In this document: positions 49,754 to 64,000 of the stretch, in pieces
How the letters are laid out: the number at the start of each line of letters is the position of its first letter
Numbering within the stretch: position 1 is the stretch's first letter
NCBI GenBank assembly: GCA_964035575.1
Contig: OZ037840.1
Location: forward strand, 1,426,001-1,490,000
DNA: 64,000 nt
Source of the DNA: Rhynchopus sp. YZ270_cl-10
Lineage: Eukaryota
Reading direction: 5' to 3'
Translations under genes and position numbers: made by a program
The notes under the pieces: generated by a model
The model's database searches: none
What the model saw: only the letters and a program-made list of their open reading frames with translations
What the model was told of the DNA's origin: nothing

Positions 49754-51183
49754 AAAATTTAAAAAAAAATTTTTTTTTCTTTTTCGGGAAAATTTCGACC
49801 CCTGAGTTGGGTTTTTGGGCACCAAAAAGTGCAAAAAAACGCAAAAATCGGGTGTTTTGACGATCTGGGTGTAAACCATATGCATTATGCACCTTATGCA
49901 TTACTGCAGGGGCCCGCATTTCGTGTACAAAAACACGCATATTTCACATTTCCTTAGCAATTCTTTTCACAAGTACGGAGTTTGACCTGACAAAATTTTG
50001 TTTTATCGCCCAAAATCGGGCGTGGTAGGTCATAAAATGGCCCAAAGAATCCAAAGAAAACCTCAGAAATAGATGTTCGCGAAAAAATTTCGCAAGTCAA
50101 AATTCAGCCGCAATACCCTGTGACTGTAGTGGCTAGAGAACACGCATGCAGACCCGTTCCTTGCAATTTCCAGTGTTGTGTTTATCAATGCATGCATCCA
50201 GAGGACCCCTGGTTTACGAAATCGTAGGCACTCCTGTGCAAAAATGAAGTCGGTTTTTGACCCAAAATCGGGGTGGGTGGGCCATAATTTGCTCCAAATT
50301 TGGCCGAAAATTGGGATTTTTCTGAAAATTTCATTGTGCCCAGCAAAAATCCTTGCTTTTTTGAAGAATTTTCCAAAAAATATGCTATACCCCCTATGAC
50401 TGGACCCAACTCCCCTCACTCTTTTTTTTTTCACCCAAAGGGCCGGTCAAATTTTACACACTAATACACAAAGTTACATACCCCCCATTCTACAGTTATC
50501 CCCCACTACAATTATCCCTCCCCCCCCTTTACATCACACAGGCCGATGACCACCATTTCATCTGACCGATGAGTAGAAGCGGAAGTAGAGCATATCAAAG
50601 GTAAACCTCGAAATGGATGTAGGACAGCACAGTTAGGGACCCAGTGTACATTGTGTACAATGAGAGGCACATTCGTTTTACAATTTTTCTCTCTTTTTTT
50701 TTTTTTGCTTTTGATACCGTGTAGATACCTCGCTTTTTTTTCGTGTGAGCTCTACTCAGATTTTTATGTGCCCTGCGTCTGCCAACAAACGGCGAGGGCG
50801 TTTGCGCTCAACCATCTCTTCTTTAGTATGTCAATTACAACGTTTCTGCGGTGATACAAAAACAAAAAAAAAAACGTTTTTTTTTTTTAGATGTGTGCAC
50901 CAGAGACGCATTCATCTTTGAATGTTTTCCACATTGTTCACAGCATTTTTTCTATTCCTACGAAGCTTGCTTTAAAGGAGAAATAGTATTACCGGGTACG
51001 GTCGCCAAATCATCCCTCAAACAGGAGGATTTTTGTGCAATCAACGAAAAACAACTTTACTTACCTTACCCCGATCCTACTATTTTTGTGAGGTATTTTT
51101 TTTTGTTTGAAACAGTGCCGTGGAATGTAGAATGCCAGAAGGGGCCAAACAGTATTGGAGTACAATTGGTAAAAACAATGTTA

Positions 51184-51481
51184 CAGTAAGACAACAAACA
51201 CCGGTGGGGTAAAAACACCGGAGGGGTAAAAACTAAGGTGGATTTTGGGATTTCAAAATTCTAAGGAGGGTTTTTACCCCTCCGATGTTTTTACCCCTGG
51301 ACATGAGAATTTTGATGGCAAGCCCCACCCTTTTCCCCAATATCTCACCTCATAATTAAACACCGGTGGGGTAGGAACATAGGTGGGGTAAAAACACCGG
51401 AGGGGTAAAAACTAAGGTGGATTTTGGGATTTCAAAACTCTAAGGAGGGTTTTTACCCCTCCGATGTTTGTTGTCTTACTG
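51184..51481. mobile_element. Tc1/mariner-type MITE (298 bp)
   Basis: TA|CAGTAAGACAACAAACA ... TGTTTGTTGTCTTACTG|TA, with an internal ~90-bp direct repeat. Confidence 0.9.
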
Positions 51482-51843
51482 TATTTCAATGATGATATAG
51501 GTGAGCTACCGACACCTTTCCCTTTCTTTTTTGTCAGTTGTGTGTTGTGTGTGCACGTTTAGGAAGGCAACTTCCTTCTTGAGCCCCGCCGACTTCATTT
51601 CCTTGGATCTTCCAGGACCGTACATGCTCCGTTCTCTAAGGGAATAGCCAAAAATAAAAAAAGAGAAATTATGAATTGGTGTGGCACGTTACCCTACTTT
51701 TCAAGCACATACACACTACATAAGAACTACACAAAAATGACTTTTTTTTTGGGGCGTTTACTGGGGGGGGGGGGGGGGGGGGGGGGCGCAGGCACCTCGC
51801 TACTTTCTGGGGGGTGTGTTTACAGTGGGGGGGGGGGGGGGGG

Positions 51844-54800
51844 TAGGGGGTACGACTCCAGCCATTTTTTGCGCACGGAAAATTCATTTGGCATTATCTG
51901 GTCATCTCCAAGGCAACTGCGGGTGAAAAACACCCTCAGAGTGGGTCACAGGGGGCCTGTGGGTCGAAAAACGACCCAGAAGCCACCCCAGAATACAAAA
52001 AAATGGAAAAAAATAGTGAAAAAACGGCTTTTTTCACGTTTTGGCCACTTTGGGCAAAATAGCGATTTTTCGAGAAAAAAATCAAAAACCGGGATATTTT
52101 TTGACATCACAAAGCCTCCTTTGGCACAAATATACCCCAAAAGTGGCCTGTGAGTCCATTCCAACCTGTTTTGGACATATTTGACACTTTTGGAAGTGTT
52201 TTTTTGGTGTTTTTAGGTCAAAAAAATGCCCAAGACGTCCCCAAGACATCCCCAAGACACTTTGCACACCCCCTGTTACGGTCATATTTTTTTCGTTTTT
52301 TTGCCTGAAACCCCCAAAATACCCCTCCCGGACCCCACATAGTCCCGAATATCCATCACACACCCACTCAGAGTGAGTAGAAGCACCCCAAAATAAAATA
52401 TTTTTTAAAGCCCTTCAACTTCAACATGGATGCTGCCGAAACTGAAGCACAATTTTAGGGCTTTAAACGAACAGGTCAGTAACATCCTGAAACAAAAGGG
52501 CTTCGGCGTTGAGGTACAGGATGAATTCGTTCCACACGGTCGGTTCGCGCAAAGCATAGAAAATAGCACCCCATTTCTGCATCTCTGCGTCCTGACACTG
52601 TGGCTCCCCTGTCGGCAGGTCATCATCATCATAGTCCCCGGAGAGGATGACATTGCAGTCAAAGAATATTAACTTCTCAAACCGGTCTCTCGACTTGTAC
52701 TCGGCCCATGCTGCTGATAAACACTCGCGCATATTCGCAGAGTAGTCGCTGTTGGTGAGTACCCTCTGAATCTCTGGAAACCACCAGCTCGCTGCAATTT
52801 TGGTGCCGGGATTTTGCACCTTTCTGAGGAATGGAAGAAGAGGTTCGATATCGTTTGCAAATGCCGACACTTCGCGTACATGATCCTGCCACCTGTCCGT
52901 TTTGACAAGTTCAACGAGGGAGAGGAGAGACTGGTTCTTTTTCTTTCTCCCCATTTCACTATCGAGGAAAGATACCAGGGGTTGATGTCTGTCTCTAATG
53001 TGTATAGCAAGGTCGGCCATGGCTAACCACCGGGTGTCGCTGGTGAGTGATGGTGTCTTCGGCGATGCCGTATCAACATTCTCAACGTCAACATCGATCG
53101 TTTCGCTCAACACCTCCTTTGCTTTGGCCAGAAGCTCTTCAATATCATCTATTTTCGGCCCCGGAAGCAAACGTTGCATGCCCCTGACACTTTTTTTCTC
53201 CACAGCGACTTTCAAACGAATCCTGGTGTCTTGTGTGTCCGCCGCCGACTCACGCGCGTTGCTGACAGAAGATTCCTGGAAATTGAGCCAGCGCACTCGT
53301 CGGCTTTTACAAGAGAAAAGCTGACTAAACGCTGTACAAAAAACATATGACAGCTGGTAGTTAATTTTTACGTGTGCTTTCAGTGCCGAATTTGTCACGT
53401 GGCCAAAACACCAACTGGCTTCCTCGTCAGACAACCCTACCACATTTATCGATCCATAATCAGCAACCACGGGAGAATGCGCGATATTAAATTTTTTTCG
53501 AGCTGTGTTGATAGCTTCCTTCACATCTCGACCACAGTGGACTTCTCCAGTATCTTTTACGTCCATATGAATGAGGAGGGCTTGGCCTGCAACGAACGCT
53601 ACAATGCACAATGTCGAAAAACCCAGGTGTCTCTGTCCTGCAATAAAAATTTTGGGATAGTGGTCATTTGTTTATTAGCATACCCGATCCATCTATCCCG
53701 AGAGGGATTGGTTTCCCTTCAACCAACTTCAGTAGCACACCCTCGATCTCCTTCACGAACTTCGTGGAGCGGCCCAGGACCGTTTTCCCGGTTGGGAAGT
53801 CCTCTCCGAAGAGGGGACGCACTGGCAGCGACATAATGTCGGCTTGGCGTTCTGTGAGTCCGCAGACCAGCACAGCCAATGCCCATGTTGTGACAAACGC
53901 CGCCAACCCCATCACCGGCGTCAACACCTGCTGCCGCTTCTCCTTCGTGTCACCAACTGGAGCTGCAGCCTTCTTCTTCTTCTTCTTCTCCCTACGCTCA
54001 TTATTTTTGTGGCGGTCGCTTTGGACGTGTACCTTGGCGGTACTACTTTCACCGTGTTGCACCACTCCACGGCAATGTACACAAAAAAGAACTGTGTCGT
54101 CTCCCTTTCGCCCTGTTTTCTTCGCTGCTGCCTTTTCCTCGAAGGGGAGCTCATCAACCTCCATTACCTGAGATTTTTTTGTTATTTGTTACATTTTTTT
54201 TATTTTTTATTACTTTGTATTCACCCTAGTCACTTTAGCGCCGCCGTAGCAGTGTGGCCCCTCATTTTGTTCTATACTGACCGGTTTTTTAATACATTTT
54301 TAGCGATACATACTTCATAACACTCTGCAATTGATCGGTCGTACTTCTCCAGCGCGGTTAAACGACCCTGCGCGGTTACCGACGATCCCGCCTTCGCCTC
54401 CGCCGACACCTCCTTCAGCTTCTTCCGAGACTCTATGGTCTCTTTGCGCTTCTCCGCCGGGGTCTTCTCTATCGCGCCGCCTTTCTTGGCTGGTGGCTTG
54501 CTTGCAGTCTTTGTAGAAGGCTTATTCGTTGCCTTCTTCGCTGATTTTTTCACTCTTTTCTTTGTTTGTGCCCTGGTGGAAGAGGAATCGCTCGCGTCCG
54601 TGTTGCTCGAGACAATGGTCGTCTCGTCGACCTTCCTCTTTCTGCTTTTTGGGCCCATTGATGATATTTTTTTTAGCGTTTAAACTGATAAATTCCTGTT
54701 GATAGTGTAGGGGTGCACCGAAAAGAATTCACCGAAGCACGTCATATATTGTGCAAACCTAAACGCGATAATTTTCGGCGAAAATTCATGGAAAGCCCGC

Positions 54801-55076
54801 GGGGCTTCGAAATACAAAAGTGACTTTCTTTCTTCTTTTTTTTTGGACTTTTTTTTCTCTTTTTTTCCCCTTCCCCCCCATTTTTGGATTTTCCGAGCCA
54901 ATTGCGGAACGTGGTGGGGTCTATTTCAAAAATATGATACATTCCTGTTGGTGATACGTGTATTCGGGTCATATTCGGCCTATATTCGCCTATATTCGGA
55001 TCCGAATATAGGGCGAATACGCATATTCGGATCCGAATATAGGCCGAATATCATATTCGCTTTCTAGGTATGCCTA
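51844..55076 (-). mobile_element. hAT-like transposon flanked by G-runs
   Basis: Ends TAGGGGGTAC / GTATGCCTA, G-runs on both flanks, ATATTCGG subterminal repeats, encodes a spliced transposase. Confidence 0.7.
52463..54658 (-). CDS. Spliced hAT-like transposase (exons 54658-54314, 54167-53684, 53637-52463), probably damaged at the C-terminus
   Basis: GT-AG introns of 146 and 46 nt join three ORFs in frame. CVHC..H....H finger, GIDGS (D), VVADY (D), CFGH (CxxH), DTRW. The likely catalytic-Glu segment (ALKLCFSFGSIHVE) is out of frame at ~52410-52460. Confidence 0.75.
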
Positions 55077-55084
55077 GGGGGGGG

Positions 55085-56364
<1,280 letters not shown>

Positions 56365-56883
56365 TCCCCCCCTCTCCCAGATCATGTTTACAGTGCACCT
56401 CCGTTAGCGAGGTGCCTGGGGGGGCGAATAAGAGATCAGGGGTGAATAAGAGATCAGGGCCGAATAAGAGATCAGGTTGAGATTTTGGGGGTATTTTTTT
56501 TTTTTTTTTTTGCATGCGACAGGGTTTTATCTTGAAATTTTTTTTTGAAATTTTACCCTGTCTACCCGGTCTGGCAAAAAAGTGGTCAAAATATTTTTTT
56601 TGCCTCCGGCGAAAATGTCTTTTTGCTTTTTTTCCCCCAAAAATTTTTTTTTATTTCTGGCTCGCAGGGCGTTCGCTATCGCCCTCGGTTTTTCAGGATC
56701 GTGGCGAAATGCCAAAATCCCTGAAATTATGTTTTTTTACTAGTGCTTAAAATAGGTCAAAAAAAAATTTTTCCCGCCGGAGAAGCTAGTTCGTGGGGGT
56801 GAATCCCTGATACTGATAGATGATAAAAAAAATGCGATTCGCGCGTGATCCCCCCACCCTTGCCCCCCCAAAACAAAGTGCTA

Positions 56884-59520
56884 TCACAGCTGAACTTTTC
56901 TGTTACGAACAGCAGTAAAACGCCGGAGAATTTCTTCAATCTCCCCGTCACTGAGGGTGTCTCTGTGCTGTTTTATCAAACAGATGTACAAAAGAGAGTC
57001 ATCCGTCATGTGAGACTTCAATCTTGTTTTGATTATTTTCAATAAACTAAAACGCCTCTCTGCCTCCACCGAGGTTGAAGGTAGCGTTGACACGAGCAGT
57101 GATACCTTCCGTAACAGGGGGAACGGGGCACCTTCAGCAGACTGCAGGAACTTGAGGAGGGAGCGGGAGTGCTGGGGTAACTTCCTCTCACGTAGTACGA
57201 TCCGCAGACACCGCCATTCCAAAGCCAGGGCACCTTGTCCTCCGTCCAACACTGCGCGCCCAGTCCTCGCCCTCTCGGTGTATTCGGTTGAAGAGTACTG
57301 CGGATAGGAGGTGTTATCAATCTTGTTGAACTGTTTGAAGTGGATATGAGTGCCCGAGCAGTAGCGCTTCTCTATCGCGCTGATCTGCTCTTCACCGTAC
57401 GCCTGGTCCGCCGTCCAGTTCCGCACGTCGAAGACGGCGAACTGCGCGATCTCCTTGTTGTTGGAGAATCGCTGTTCCAGCGTCTTGATGACGGCGCCAC
57501 AGTAAGGCGCCCCCACAGTTTCGTGGAACAAGGCAAGCGTGTTTGTTTTGTTCACTTGCTGGTGCGGAAACACGTCCTGGTACCGACCAGGGAACGTGTG
57601 GTACGCGCCGTAGGCGCTTGCCGTGTCCTGCAGCATGCGGAACTTGGCAATCGTGCTCTGGATGTAAGCACAGGTCTCAAGGATGTTTAAGTCCTTGGCC
57701 TGTAAATCCATCGACAGCCCGTTGAGCAAGCCCAACATGGTGTCGAGCATCGCCACCATCCCGAAGAAGCTCCGGTCACTCAGTTGCTTCAAAAGTGACT
57801 GCTCTGTCGGTCCCAAGTGCTCCACTTTTTTGAGGTACGCAATCAGCACAGGGAGTTGGGAGTTGAGTGTGTGGACAGCGTTCCCCTGAGTCAACCAGCG
57901 GGTCTCGGTGGGGGCAGCCAGCTCGTCTTGGTTGATCACATCACTCAATTCCCTCAGCATCTCACGGAACCCTTCATGGTGTTTGTTGTGCGTGTACAAA
58001 AATACCCAGACAGAACGCAATAAGTTGAGAAAACGGTCGACACTTGGCACCTCCTTTGCAGCGTCACCGCATGCAAGGTTCAAGAGGTGGCAATGGCACC
58101 ACATCTCTATCGCCGACGGACCCCACCAGTACCGGAGCTGCTTTGCCAGACCTGCATGTTTGCCGAGCATGTTGGCTGCTCCATCCAACGCAACCCCGTC
58201 GAACCAGACGTTGGGGTTATCTGACACCTCAGCGGCGTCGTGAAACCGCAAACCCAACTTGTCAACGATCTTGCGGATGTGGGTGGAATATCCCTGTGCC
58301 GATCTGTCCCGGATCTCGCTCATGTCCACGAGTCGCTCCTGTGGTTCACTATCATGTACAAAGCGGAGAACGATGACACACTGTTCCTTCCGGGCCACAT
58401 CCTTCGTCGAGTCCGCGATCAGGCCAACCCTTCCACTTGTCACTGCATCGGCGGCAATGCCCGACAACAACGTCTCCCCGATTGCCTTCATCCACTCAGT
58501 GATGGATTGGGCAGAGAAGTAGTGCACATCACCCGCCAGCCACTCACGCATCCTCTTACACTGCAGCTCATCGACAAAAAAGGAGAGGTGTTTCAGCAGC
58601 TTGCTGACCGGAATGCCTATCTTGACGCAGTGAAATATGGTCTTCACCAGGGTGGTCATGTTCTCACGGGACTGACGAGCGGTCTCTTCTGCGTTCTTTG
58701 CCATAAGAGTGGCGAGGCTGCCGCTGCTGAGGTGTCCTTCTTCTTGGGCGTGTCTCCCGAAGTCGCGCTTGAACTGCGTCGCGTTCGTGAACACGTATGC
58801 GCAGTTAGCGCAGAACACGCGACCGTCGGCCCACTTCAGCCAAGGCCACGTGGACTTGTGGCGCTCAAGCGTGGCCACGTTAACACCCATTACCTTGAGC
58901 TTGGGACTGGCGTCTTCTCCTCCTTCCTCCTCGTCTGACACAATGTCGATCACGACAGGGATGCGTGCTTCGGGCTCCGTCCCTCCGAAGTCATCCCCAT
59001 CGTCCCACACGATGTCCGTGAGGGGAGGTGCCTCCACGCGGGCACGCTTCGTACCCTGTGACCGGGCCCTGCTGCTGCTCCTCTTCCCGGTTGTCGGTGT
59101 CACGGCTGCTGCTGCTGCTGCAGGGGCTGTTGGTTGAGGGACTGGAGTGAGTGCTGCTGGTTGAACTGCTGCTGCTGCCGGGGCTGTTGGTTGAGGGACT
59201 GGAGTGAGTGCTGGTGGTGGAACTGCTGCTGGTTGAACTGCTGCTGCTGCCGGGGCTGTTGGTTGAGGGACTGGAGTGAGTGCTGCTGGTTGAACTGCTG
59301 CTGGTGCAGGGGCTGCTGGCTGCTGGTTGTTGTCGAAGTCGGTTGCGATGCGGCGGAGAGCGGAGAGCGTCAGGTAGTCCGGGCCTGAGGGGGGACCGAA
59401 GTCCAGGCCGCGCAGCACAAACTGTGCTTCTGCCTCCTTCCTCTTCCACCCCGCATAGTTGCGGTTAATGGTGGGTGCCCTCACCGCCCTTCCCCACAGG
59501 GTCTGCTGCTTTGGCCCCAT
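56884..59520 (-). CDS. hAT transposase, ZMYM1/ZNF862 (DUF4371)-like, 878 aa
   Basis: WPWL..FCANC..RH..H finger, LIADSTKD..KEQ..IVLRFV, DGAANMLG, CHCHLLNL, ETRW, STSVEAERRFSLLKIIKTRL dimerization motif. Ala/Pro/Gln repeats in the N-terminus. Confidence 0.93.
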   Translation of the reverse strand: MGPKQQTLWGRAVRAPTINRNYAGWKRKEAEAQFVLRGLDFGPPSGPDYLTLSALRRIATDFDNNQQPAAPAPAAVQPAALTPVPQPTAPAAAAVQPAAVPPPALTPVPQPTAPAAAAVQPAALTPVPQPTAPAAAAAAVTPTTGKRSSSRARSQGTKRARVEAPPLTDIVWDDGDDFGGTEPEARIPVVIDIVSDEEEGGEDASPKLKVMGVNVATLERHKSTWPWLKWADGRVFCANCAYVFTNATQFKRDFGRHAQEEGHLSSGSLATLMAKNAEETARQSRENMTTLVKTIFHCVKIGIPVSKLLKHLSFFVDELQCKRMREWLAGDVHYFSAQSITEWMKAIGETLLSGIAADAVTSGRVGLIADSTKDVARKEQCVIVLRFVHDSEPQERLVDMSEIRDRSAQGYSTHIRKIVDKLGLRFHDAAEVSDNPNVWFDGVALDGAANMLGKHAGLAKQLRYWWGPSAIEMWCHCHLLNLACGDAAKEVPSVDRFLNLLRSVWVFLYTHNKHHEGFREMLRELSDVINQDELAAPTETRWLTQGNAVHTLNSQLPVLIAYLKKVEHLGPTEQSLLKQLSDRSFFGMVAMLDTMLGLLNGLSMDLQAKDLNILETCAYIQSTIAKFRMLQDTASAYGAYHTFPGRYQDVFPHQQVNKTNTLALFHETVGAPYCGAVIKTLEQRFSNNKEIAQFAVFDVRNWTADQAYGEEQISAIEKRYCSGTHIHFKQFNKIDNTSYPQYSSTEYTERARTGRAVLDGGQGALALEWRCLRIVLRERKLPQHSRSLLKFLQSAEGAPFPLLRKVSLLVSTLPSTSVEAERRFSLLKIIKTRLKSHMTDDSLLYICLIKQHRDTLSDGEIEEILRRFTAVRNRKVQL

Positions 59521-59979
59521 TTTTATTAAAAGACTGTTGCGGGCAGGTTTGCGGATGATTTATTTAAAAAAATCGATTTTTTGGTCAAATCCCCTCTGGT
59601 GGTGAGGGGGTGGGTAGTGTGTGTGGGTGTGGGTGGCGCACATCTCTATAGTAAAGACTAAAAAACTAAGGTTTTTTAGGATTTTGAGTACAGTGGAAAC
59701 AAGCAATACAAAAAGTAGGGTGGTGGGGAGGCATCTGTTTTTTTTTTGTTTTTTTTTTTTTTGAAAACTTGGTAGTGTAGCCACCCTAGAGTGTGCTCCA
59801 CTATTTTTTTTTTATTTTATTTTTTTTTTTAGGGTGAAAGTCAAATGTATACACATATACATTTGACTTATAGGCAGCACACAAGTAAAAAATCACCCCA
59901 AAAAACCCTGCCGACCCCCCCTCCGGGGGGGTCGGCAGAGTTCGCCCCCCCCTTTTTTTTTTTTTTTTTTTTTTCTTTT

Positions 59980-62283
59980 GGGGAATAGTCAGTTATACCC
60001 TACCCTTTTTTTGAAATGGTCAGAGATACCCGAAAATAAGTTCAGATATACCCGAAAACCAGAAATAGGGCATAACTGACTATATCTGAACTTATTTTCG
60101 GGTATTTGAACTTATTTTCGGGTATATCTGAACTTTTTTCGGGTATCTCTGAACTTATTTGGGGTACCCACTTATTTGGGGGTACCCCCTTTGATTTTTT
60201 GCCCAGTGGGTGAGTGACCCACCATGAGGGAATGCGACAGCAGAGACAGCATTGAAGCAGCATGGTATGATTTTCACCCCTCTACCCTACACACAGTTAC
60301 TTTTAGTGGGGGTAAATACCCGCAAACCCGCAAACCCTTATACATGGTCCCTCGCTTCGCTTGGGAACCATTAGTGCAGCAGGAAACTCTCTGTAGCGTG
60401 AAAAAAGGCTACCTTATTTCGCGGAAATACATAGTTATTACCACTTTTTTCATTAACCTCACCCTTCCCGACTACTGCGTTTGTATACCATAACTTAATC
60501 ACACCCCACATTTACACTCATCACAGGATCGTGAAATCTGAACTGCATCCGTGATTGCGATGAGCGCCGCTCTCCGACATTCAACAACTCAAAATCCAAG
60601 GCTTCACCCAAATCAATCTATTCTAGATTTGTTTGTGGACGAAGACCTGGGGGTGGGAACACTTTGTCAGTCACTGCTATAGCCATTAACCCAGGGAGCA
60701 TAGCTAGTGCAAGAAATTCGACTTTGGAAACCTTCCGGAAAGTCTGTCCTCTGCTTACGGAGGACGAGGCACAAGAAAATATTGCGTTCCCCCAGAAAAC
60801 CAGTGCACATTTCACACTCCTTGTGGGTGGTCTTGTTGCCTTTTTTGTCAAGTAATTTTGGCCCAGGCATGCTCTCGAAGCATGACAATTTAGTGTGTAT
60901 GGGGCAGGGTGTTGTTTTGTTCTGAATTCTCTTTGTTATAACATCTAAGTCAATTGCGGGTGGTGGTTTGTGTAGCGTGAGGCACTCTTTTTAGCAAACT
61001 TCCTGCGGCTGCTAAAGTGTTATTTCTCCGGATTTAACAACGTACAGCGTAACATAGTGGTTTAGCCTGGTCGACACAACCTTTGATAGATATGGGATAA
61101 CCAACCCCCTTCGACCCCTCGTGGGTTCACTGAACAAGCCCTAGTGGTAGTTAAACGCGATTGACATTTACATTTCTTAGAGATGAAAGAACAAGATAAC
61201 ACTTCTGTACCCGCGCATCAAAATTGTGGAAAACTTTGCACCCCAAACACCCTCAACAACGCCCGCCAAAAGGCGCCCCTTGTTGCTGGGAGTTGGTTCT
61301 CATGATACCTGCACAGCGGGCATTCCTCTGAGTCCAACGCATGTTTGGCCTGTCTGCGGCGTTGTACTTCAGGTGCACGAAGACAGGGTCTGGTGGTAAA
61401 TTTTGCGTAGTACTGCGACGTGGTACTGCGTGGGTCTGGGAACCTGGGTACCTGGGTACAGGAAATTTGTTGTGGAAGACATCAACCACCATGTATTGAG
61501 GAGGGTAAGACAGTGTTCGCAGTTTCTACCTGATAGCATTACACATTTAACTTCTCCACGGGGGTCTTGGGCCGTTCACTCGGTTCTACCTTGACTACCG
61601 GAAGATATTCTTGAGGCCTTTTTGGTCTCTAGAATATCCGGTCTTCCCGAACGGAGGCACACTTTGTGTGTTACTACGACCTGGCAATTTCCAGCAGTAG
61701 GTTAAGTAATCTTTCTTGTAAATTGTTGGATCATTATCTCCTCAGTGCATGAATGCCCCACGTGACTGGACACTTTTGTGTTTGTCATGTGGAGCTGTGG
61801 TTGCTCTTTCACGACTTTTTTCCTGTTCCTGGGTACCTGGACCTGGACCTCTGGTATCTGGGTATCTGGGTATCTGGGTATCTGGGTATCTGGGTATCTG
61901 GGTATCTGGGTATCTGGGTATCTGGGTATCTGGGTATCTGGGTATCTGGGTATCTGGGTATCTGGGTATCTGGGTATCTGGGTATCTGGGTATCTGGGTA
62001 TCTGGGTATCTGGGTATCTGGGTATCTGGGTATCTGGGTATCTGGGTATACCCGAAAACCAACTTTTTTGGGGTACCCGAAAAAAGTTGGCGATATGGTC
62101 AGACATGCCCGAAAATAAGTTGAGAAATAGTCAGAGATACCCGAAATACCCGAAAATAAGTTCAGATATTGGTCAGTTATGCCCTATTTTTGAAAATGGG
62201 GCATCTCTGACCAATATCTGAACTTATTTTCGGGTATCTCTGACCATTTCAAAAAAAGGGTAGGGCATAACTGACTATTCCCC
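59980..62283. mobile_element. Non-autonomous Mutator-like (MULE) element
   Basis: TIR GGGGAATAGTCAGTTAT.CCCTACCCTTTTTTTGAAATGGTCAGAGATACCCG. 9-bp TSD TTTTCTTTT at 59971-59979 and 62284-62292. Confidence 0.8.
61853..62048. repeat. (GGGTATCT)n microsatellite, ~24 units
   Basis: Perfect 8-bp array adjoining the MULE subterminal repeats. Confidence 0.97.
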
Positions 62284-62489
62284 TTTTCTTTTTTTTTTTT
62301 TTTTTTATTTATTTTATTAAGGGCTTCGCCCCGGTGGGGCGAAGCCCTGGGGCGAAATAAAAAGTAATTTTTTTAGAAAAAAATTAATTTAACGAAAAAA
62401 AATTTTTTTCGCCCCGTGGCGAACGCCCTGCTGGCTCGTCCGTTCGCCTAATAAGAGATGCCACATCTCTTATTCGCCCCCCCCCCCCA

Positions 62490-64000
62490 TAGGGGGGTCC
62501 ACGTAGAAGGAATTCCTTAAGGATTTGCTGTCCCAAACCCATTTTTTTGAAATTTAGGTGAAGAAACCCACTAAAAAGGTCGTACCTGGCCGCAAATCGC
62601 CCTGGGGATCACGAAAATATCCCATTAAACCACCTGACAACCTCTACAGAGACTTTCCTGGTTTAAAAAAATCGGTTTTTTGTGAAAAATCTCCAAAAAT
62701 AGCGTCATCAAATCGTCATCAACATGGGCCAAAATGCAACACTTACCAAAAAAATTCCCCAATCAGACAAAAATCCTTCTAAACACCCGAAAAACACCCC
62801 AGTCCACATCCGGTGGGGTCCCAGGGTGGAAATATATAGTTTTTACAGCTTTTAGGGGTCCTGTGTGGGCCCCAGATGCATTTTGCAGTGGGTGTGTGTG
62901 CCCCAAACGCTTAAAAGTACCCTTTTTTTAGTCACTTTTTTGACTTTTTTTGTACCTGAAAACCCCCAAAAAAGTGCCAAGGTAGTCGGAATGGTGTCCA
63001 AACACCCAGGAAAATGTCCCCCAGACCCCATGTACGGTGAAAAATAGCATTTTGGGCACTTGGGAGGGTTTTATAGGCCATGCAACACTTATGCAACACT
63101 TAAGCAACGGCTATGCAACGCCTAGCAGAAGACCACTTATTTACCAAAAAAAAATAATACCAATTCATTCAAAACACCAAAAAACCACCTCGGTCCACCT
63201 CAGTCCACCTCCAATGAGGTCCCGAGGTGGAAATGTGTGGATTTTGCAGCTTTTTGGGGTCCCTGGGGGGTTTTTGAGGGTGTTTTTGTGTCTGCAACGC
63301 TTAAAATAACGGTATTTCCCCCCATCCTTTTGACGTATTTCGCACCCAAAATAAAAACCCTAAAAGGCGTATTCAGGCAGTCGCAGAAGTGTCTAAATCC
63401 CTCCGAACTGCCTGACAGACCTCCCGAGCTGTGGAAAATCGCACTTGCAACACTTACTGGGGCTTTTTGGTCCCTGAAAATGAGAACGTACCCTGTGCCT
63501 AAGTGCAGTAAAGCCTTCCTTGCCTCCTCCTATGACCAATGATTCGTGCGAATCCATTGTCGGTGTCCTTGACCAAGTTGCAAGCCACCACGGAAGGAGC
63601 CAGCACCCCGACAACACCGACCCACTGTCGCTGAAACCTAGACATCCTCTACAGTCTAGGTTGGGTTCCGTATCTCTCAAGGGAAGAACTTGCCGCAGGA
63701 TACACCAAGCGCACCACAAAGGCAGGTCCATGCAAAGTACCCAGAAGTAGCAACTTGAAAAGTACAACACTAAAGTGCTTCATCTCTTCACAAAGACAGA
63801 GATGCAGGAATTTGCGGCAGATTGTGCACCCCTTGACGGCGAAGACACCGGTACGATGAATAAGGAGCCTCTGGTCGCTATGCTGTCTCAGTGAGCAGTA
63901 CAGGGATTCTATAGGCATATTAGGGGGTATAATTCCATGGAAAAAAGCGGAAAAAGCGGAAAAAAAACACCAAAAAAATCAGAAAAAAGTGCGAAATAGT
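62490..64000 (-). mobile_element. Inverted, diverged copy of the 31390-32867 element, running off the window end
   Basis: Colinear homology, including TAGGGGGGTCCACGTAGAAGGAATTCCTTAAGG and PMTNDSCESIVGVL. Confidence 0.9.

Larger units (their letters stand above)
41820..50486. mobile_element. Possible G-ended TIR element hosting a nest of insertions
   Basis: ATT|GGGGGGTATGTAA ... TTACATACCCCCC|ATT, with TTTGACCGG subterminal motifs near both ends. Confidence 0.5.

Noticed and set aside
56418..62488. GGGGGGGCGAATAAGAGAT inverted pair as the termini of the 878-aa hAT element
   Set aside because: Plausible, but no TSD is recognisable and the right flank is another element, so the boundaries are unsupported.

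Overview
Eukaryotic, transposon-saturated region. A protist, possibly euglenozoan/diplonemid-like, is inferred from compact GC-rich genes, tiny GT-AG introns, receptor-type class III cyclases and a CRE-like retroelement; the species cannot be determined here. Host genes: a tandem 4,959-bp array of a CUB-like type I membrane protein gene (third copy broken and fused to a cyclase 3' fragment), and a 990-aa receptor (5'-nucleotidase-like ectodomain, TM helix, degenerate cyclase). The rest is nested mobile DNA: two hAT transposase genes, many hAT/Tc1/MULE-type non-autonomous elements with visible TSDs, and long near-perfect microsatellites sitting inside those elements. Three things stand out. (1) An apparently intact 3.8-kb TIR transposon with RSS-heptamer-like ends (CACTGTG...CACAGTG) and a TA duplication, encoding a RAG1/Transib/Chapaev-like DDE transposase plus a spliced partner gene with an HSP20/alpha-crystallin-like domain. 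(2) A hammerhead-ribozyme-like motif with non-canonical strand order at 10.8 kb. (3) A CRE-like RT-RLE retrotransposon with an OTU-like/Zn-finger C-terminal extension and a 316-bp flanking duplication. All family assignments come from motif recognition by eye, not database searches.
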